DNA of 64,000 bases. Source: a virus. The position numbers and the translations under genes were made by a program. The DNA lies in the IMG/VR virus record IMGVR_UViG_3300031754_000002, positions 32,001 to 96,000 of that record, one strand, 5' to 3'. The notes beneath the pieces are model-generated. The model saw only the letters and a list, made by a program, of their open reading frames with translations, was not told where the DNA came from and searched no databases. Below are positions 61,326 to 64,000 of the stretch, in pieces (the first letter of the stretch is position 1; every line of letters starts with the position of its first letter).

Positions 61326-62612
61326 CTAATCCCTGAACGGGTCCATGGTATCCGGCCCAGCCATCGCTACCCCCAGCGGTCTAAGAGTATGGACGACTCG
61401 TATGCTATCCGCGTGAGCCGCAAGCACCTGATCCAACCGCTTGTAGGCTCCGGGTGCCTCATCTGCCGCCGCGCCGCGTAGCTCGATATGGCGCGCGGCA
61501 AGATCGGCCTTCGCCGCAGCCCAGTCAATCTTGCCGCCGCCTTCCGACACTGGACGCTTCACCATCTTCACCTGACCGCATTTAGGGCAGCATTCGGGTT
61601 TTTGTGTGCCCTTCGGCGCTATCCAGTCACAGTCACGGTTGCAGCACTGTAGACGCCAGCGCATTTTGCCTGCCGCCTCGTTGCGGGACATCACCCTTCC
61701 CGCGCCGTGGACGGTCGAATGCAGGAGTTCTTTCGCTGCCGGCGTGTCCAAACCTTCAAGGATCACTGAATCCTCCCCCATCGTGCTACCAACGAACCCG
61801 CGCTGTCCGGGCCATGCCGGCGTGGCGCCCTTGCGGACCACCCACACCACATTGCCGTCGTGAACCTCGCGGTAGCAGTGATTGTGGTGGTTGTGGACCG
61901 TCGCCACGGTCCAAGTTTCGAGGATGTCGTGACACACCTTCTCGACCACTACATCACGGCCCGCATAGGCGTACTCGCCTGCGAGCGTTATTGCGGACAG
62001 ATACGCTTGTCCAAGCTCGGAGTCCTCGCGCAGCAGAACGGGCTCACCATCCTGCTTTTCCGGTGGCGCCTTGTCTGTGAACTTGCCGCCTTTAGCCATC
62101 GCCAGAAACCCGCTCGCGGTCTTATGGCCGAAGCCACGCGAGCCGAAATGAACGCCAACCCACAGCCAGCCGTCCTCGTCAGAGAACAAGTCAACGTAAT
62201 GATTACCGCCCCCGATAGTGCCGAGTTGACTACGGGCAAGTGGCGCGAGTGCGCGTTGCGGCTCAAAGTCAGCGTTAGCGATCTTGTCGAGTACCGGATG
62301 ATCTACGGGTTCGGCGTTGGGGCGCCCCATTCCAAAGCTGATCCGCGCGGCGATCTCATCCATGATGCGCGGCACGTCGATATCGTCGGCCCTGAGGTTC
62401 GTGCGCGATGCTCGGTTTCCACAACTCAAGTCGAACCCGGCGCCGGATACTGACAGGTGTTCACGATAAGCGACAACGCCGCCCACGGGCTGACTATACC
62501 CAAGGTGCCCGTCCGCCATTAGTGCCGCGCCGTACACGTCTTCTCCTTCGGCGCAGCGTTGTAGCTGCTCGATCGCGTTGGGGTCCACATCACCCCGGAC
62601 GGGGAAGCCCAC
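61326..62612 (-). CDS. rtcB: RtcB RNA 3'-P/5'-OH ligase
   Basis: MADGHLG, GFDLSCG, GTIGGGNHY, VHFGSRG.G, HNHHN, VRKGATPA, HGAGR, DEAPGAYK. Confidence 0.93.
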   Translation of the reverse strand: MGFPVRGDVDPNAIEQLQRCAEGEDVYGAALMADGHLGYSQPVGGVVAYREHLSVSGAGFDLSCGNRASRTNLRADDIDVPRIMDEIAARISFGMGRPNAEPVDHPVLDKIANADFEPQRALAPLARSQLGTIGGGNHYVDLFSDEDGWLWVGVHFGSRGFGHKTASGFLAMAKGGKFTDKAPPEKQDGEPVLLREDSELGQAYLSAITLAGEYAYAGRDVVVEKVCHDILETWTVATVHNHHNHCYREVHDGNVVWVVRKGATPAWPGQRGFVGSTMGEDSVILEGLDTPAAKELLHSTVHGAGRVMSRNEAAGKMRWRLQCCNRDCDWIAPKGTQKPECCPKCGQVKMVKRPVSEGGGKIDWAAAKADLAARHIELRGAAADEAPGAYKRLDQVLAAHADSIRVVHTLRPLGVAMAGPDTMDPFRD

Positions 62613-62616
62613 GGCC

Positions 62617-64000
62617 TTACCAGCGTGCGGCCGAGAAGTCCGCGATCAGGTTCGGGGTAGCGCTGTCGAAGCCCACCACGTCCAACATTCCGGGATCGTC
62701 CGGACTGGCGATAGTGAACCCATTAGACACCATCCCCACTACGACAAGCCGTGCATTGATGCCACTCTGACGACGATACTCCATTAGAGCCTGCGCGGGA
62801 TGAACACGGCCCGCGAAAGTCTCGCTGTCGGTATATACAAGGAACGTGTCTACTTCTAGTCCCGCATGCAGTGCGTAGACCATCGGTAGCGCACAGTCCG
62901 TGCGGCCAAAGGGCATACCGTTCGTACGGCGAAGCACATCGTCTAGCCGCTCACGCGGAGAGAAGTCCAGCGGCGTGAACGTGTCTGAGAACGCCATGAT
63001 CTGATGACGCGGCTCAACCGCTGCCGTAACAAGCGCCATCGCGGTAGCTCCCACTCGCGGGGTAATGCCGGGCATCGCCGCGATCGGTGGCCCAGCCATC
63101 GAGCCGGACACGTCCAACCCAAGAAGCGTCCGCTTGCCGGTAGACTCAACGTTTCCGAAGGCAGTGTAAAACGTGGCATCGAGTGCATCCACGATCTCGC
63201 GCAGTGGCTCCCACGAGTTCGTTCCCCGCGCAGAATGACCGGACGCATAGGTCACGAGCGCGCCGAGCACTGAGAGCGGGTGTACGCGAGCCTTGCGAAT
63301 AGTCTCCACGTCTGCCAACTGGTCGGTCACGAGCTTCGTGTTGTCGCCCATTGGCTTGAGCACGCCGATACGTGTCATCGTCGCAAGGTTGCGGATCATG
63401 GCCGTCATCGGCATACCCGCGTTCAACAGTGCGGCCCAGACCTCCACGGAGTTCAAGTGCTCCGTGTGCAACGCCTCACGCGGGAGCGTCGAGCCATACT
63501 GTTCGATGAGCTTCGCGGTGTCGCGGGGCTTCTCCGCAGCCTGCGCAGCGTTGAACGCCTCGACGGCCTTCGGCGTCTCCTTGGTGCGAGCGCGAAGCCA
63601 GTCGAACGCGCCCGAGTCCGAGCGGGCGTGAGCGAACGTCAGCCCCGCTGGATGGCAGAGACGGAGAAGATCCAAGTGGGTCCAGTTGTCTCGCTGCCTG
63701 TACTTGACCATTTGGTATGCAAGCTGGTTCGGCTCCTTGTCCGTGTACCAGCGAGCGACACCCTTCGCCAACGCTGGCCCCCAGCCGCGCTGTGTCTCCA
63801 CGAACTCGGCGAAGTGGAACAGGTGCGTTCCGGTGCGCGCAACCTCGGGGATCGCTTCGCACGCGGCCCTACGGACCTGCTCGTCCTTGTGCGCACATGC
63901 GATAGCCAGCGCGTAAAGACAGGGGTCATTCTTCGGTGCCCGACCGTCCTTGGAGATAGCGACGATCTCCGCTACGGCATCGGTCTTGTGCTCATCCAGT
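62617..64000 (-). CDS. Ro60/TROVE domain RNA-binding protein (5' end beyond window)
   Basis: GRAPKND, VARTGTHLFHF, YQMVKYRQR, DLLRL.H, vWA MIDAS DVSGSM, TDSET, GMLDVVGFD. Confidence 0.92.
   Translation of the reverse strand, partial: LDEHKTDAVAEIVAISKDGRAPKNDPCLYALAIACAHKDEQVRRAACEAIPEVARTGTHLFHFAEFVETQRGWGPALAKGVARWYTDKEPNQLAYQMVKYRQRDNWTHLDLLRLCHPAGLTFAHARSDSGAFDWLRARTKETPKAVEAFNAAQAAEKPRDTAKLIEQYGSTLPREALHTEHLNSVEVWAALLNAGMPMTAMIRNLATMTRIGVLKPMGDNTKLVTDQLADVETIRKARVHPLSVLGALVTYASGHSARGTNSWEPLREIVDALDATFYTAFGNVESTGKRTLLGLDVSGSMAGPPIAAMPGITPRVGATAMALVTAAVEPRHQIMAFSDTFTPLDFSPRERLDDVLRRTNGMPFGRTDCALPMVYALHAGLEVDTFLVYTDSETFAGRVHPAQALMEYRRQSGINARLVVVGMVSNGFTIASPDDPGMLDVVGFDSATPNLIADFSAARW

Overview
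High-GC tailed-phage or prophage segment, probably from an actinobacterial host (the host assignment is inference from gene style). Most genes lie on the - strand. The head module occupies about 1-22.6 kb: portal with an intein, HK97 prohead protease, two paralogous major capsid proteins (one split by a group I intron whose homing endonuclease is antisense), decoration/fibre-like genes and tRNA-Met. Packaging genes lie at 33.5-37 kb (TerS, HNH, TerL with a class 3 intein). Early/replication genes lie at 37-57 kb (DnaB, two methylases, VRR-NUC, GroES), followed by an Rpf-like transglycosylase and an RtcB-Ro60 RNA repair pair. Three cargo-carrying IS elements (2 IS1-family, 1 IS1595-family) have clear terminal IRs and 8-bp TSDs. 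The most striking feature is a + strand cassette inserted between the protease and portal genes. It encodes a stand-alone Cas7/RAMP-like protein flanked on both sides by non-coding arrays of 37-53-nt units. Each unit is a (W)YYCGAC anchor followed by variable pentamers ending in C. This is a candidate non-CRISPR RNA-guided system. Several scattered frameshifts may be sequencing errors. All calls are from manual motif recognition; no database searches were run.
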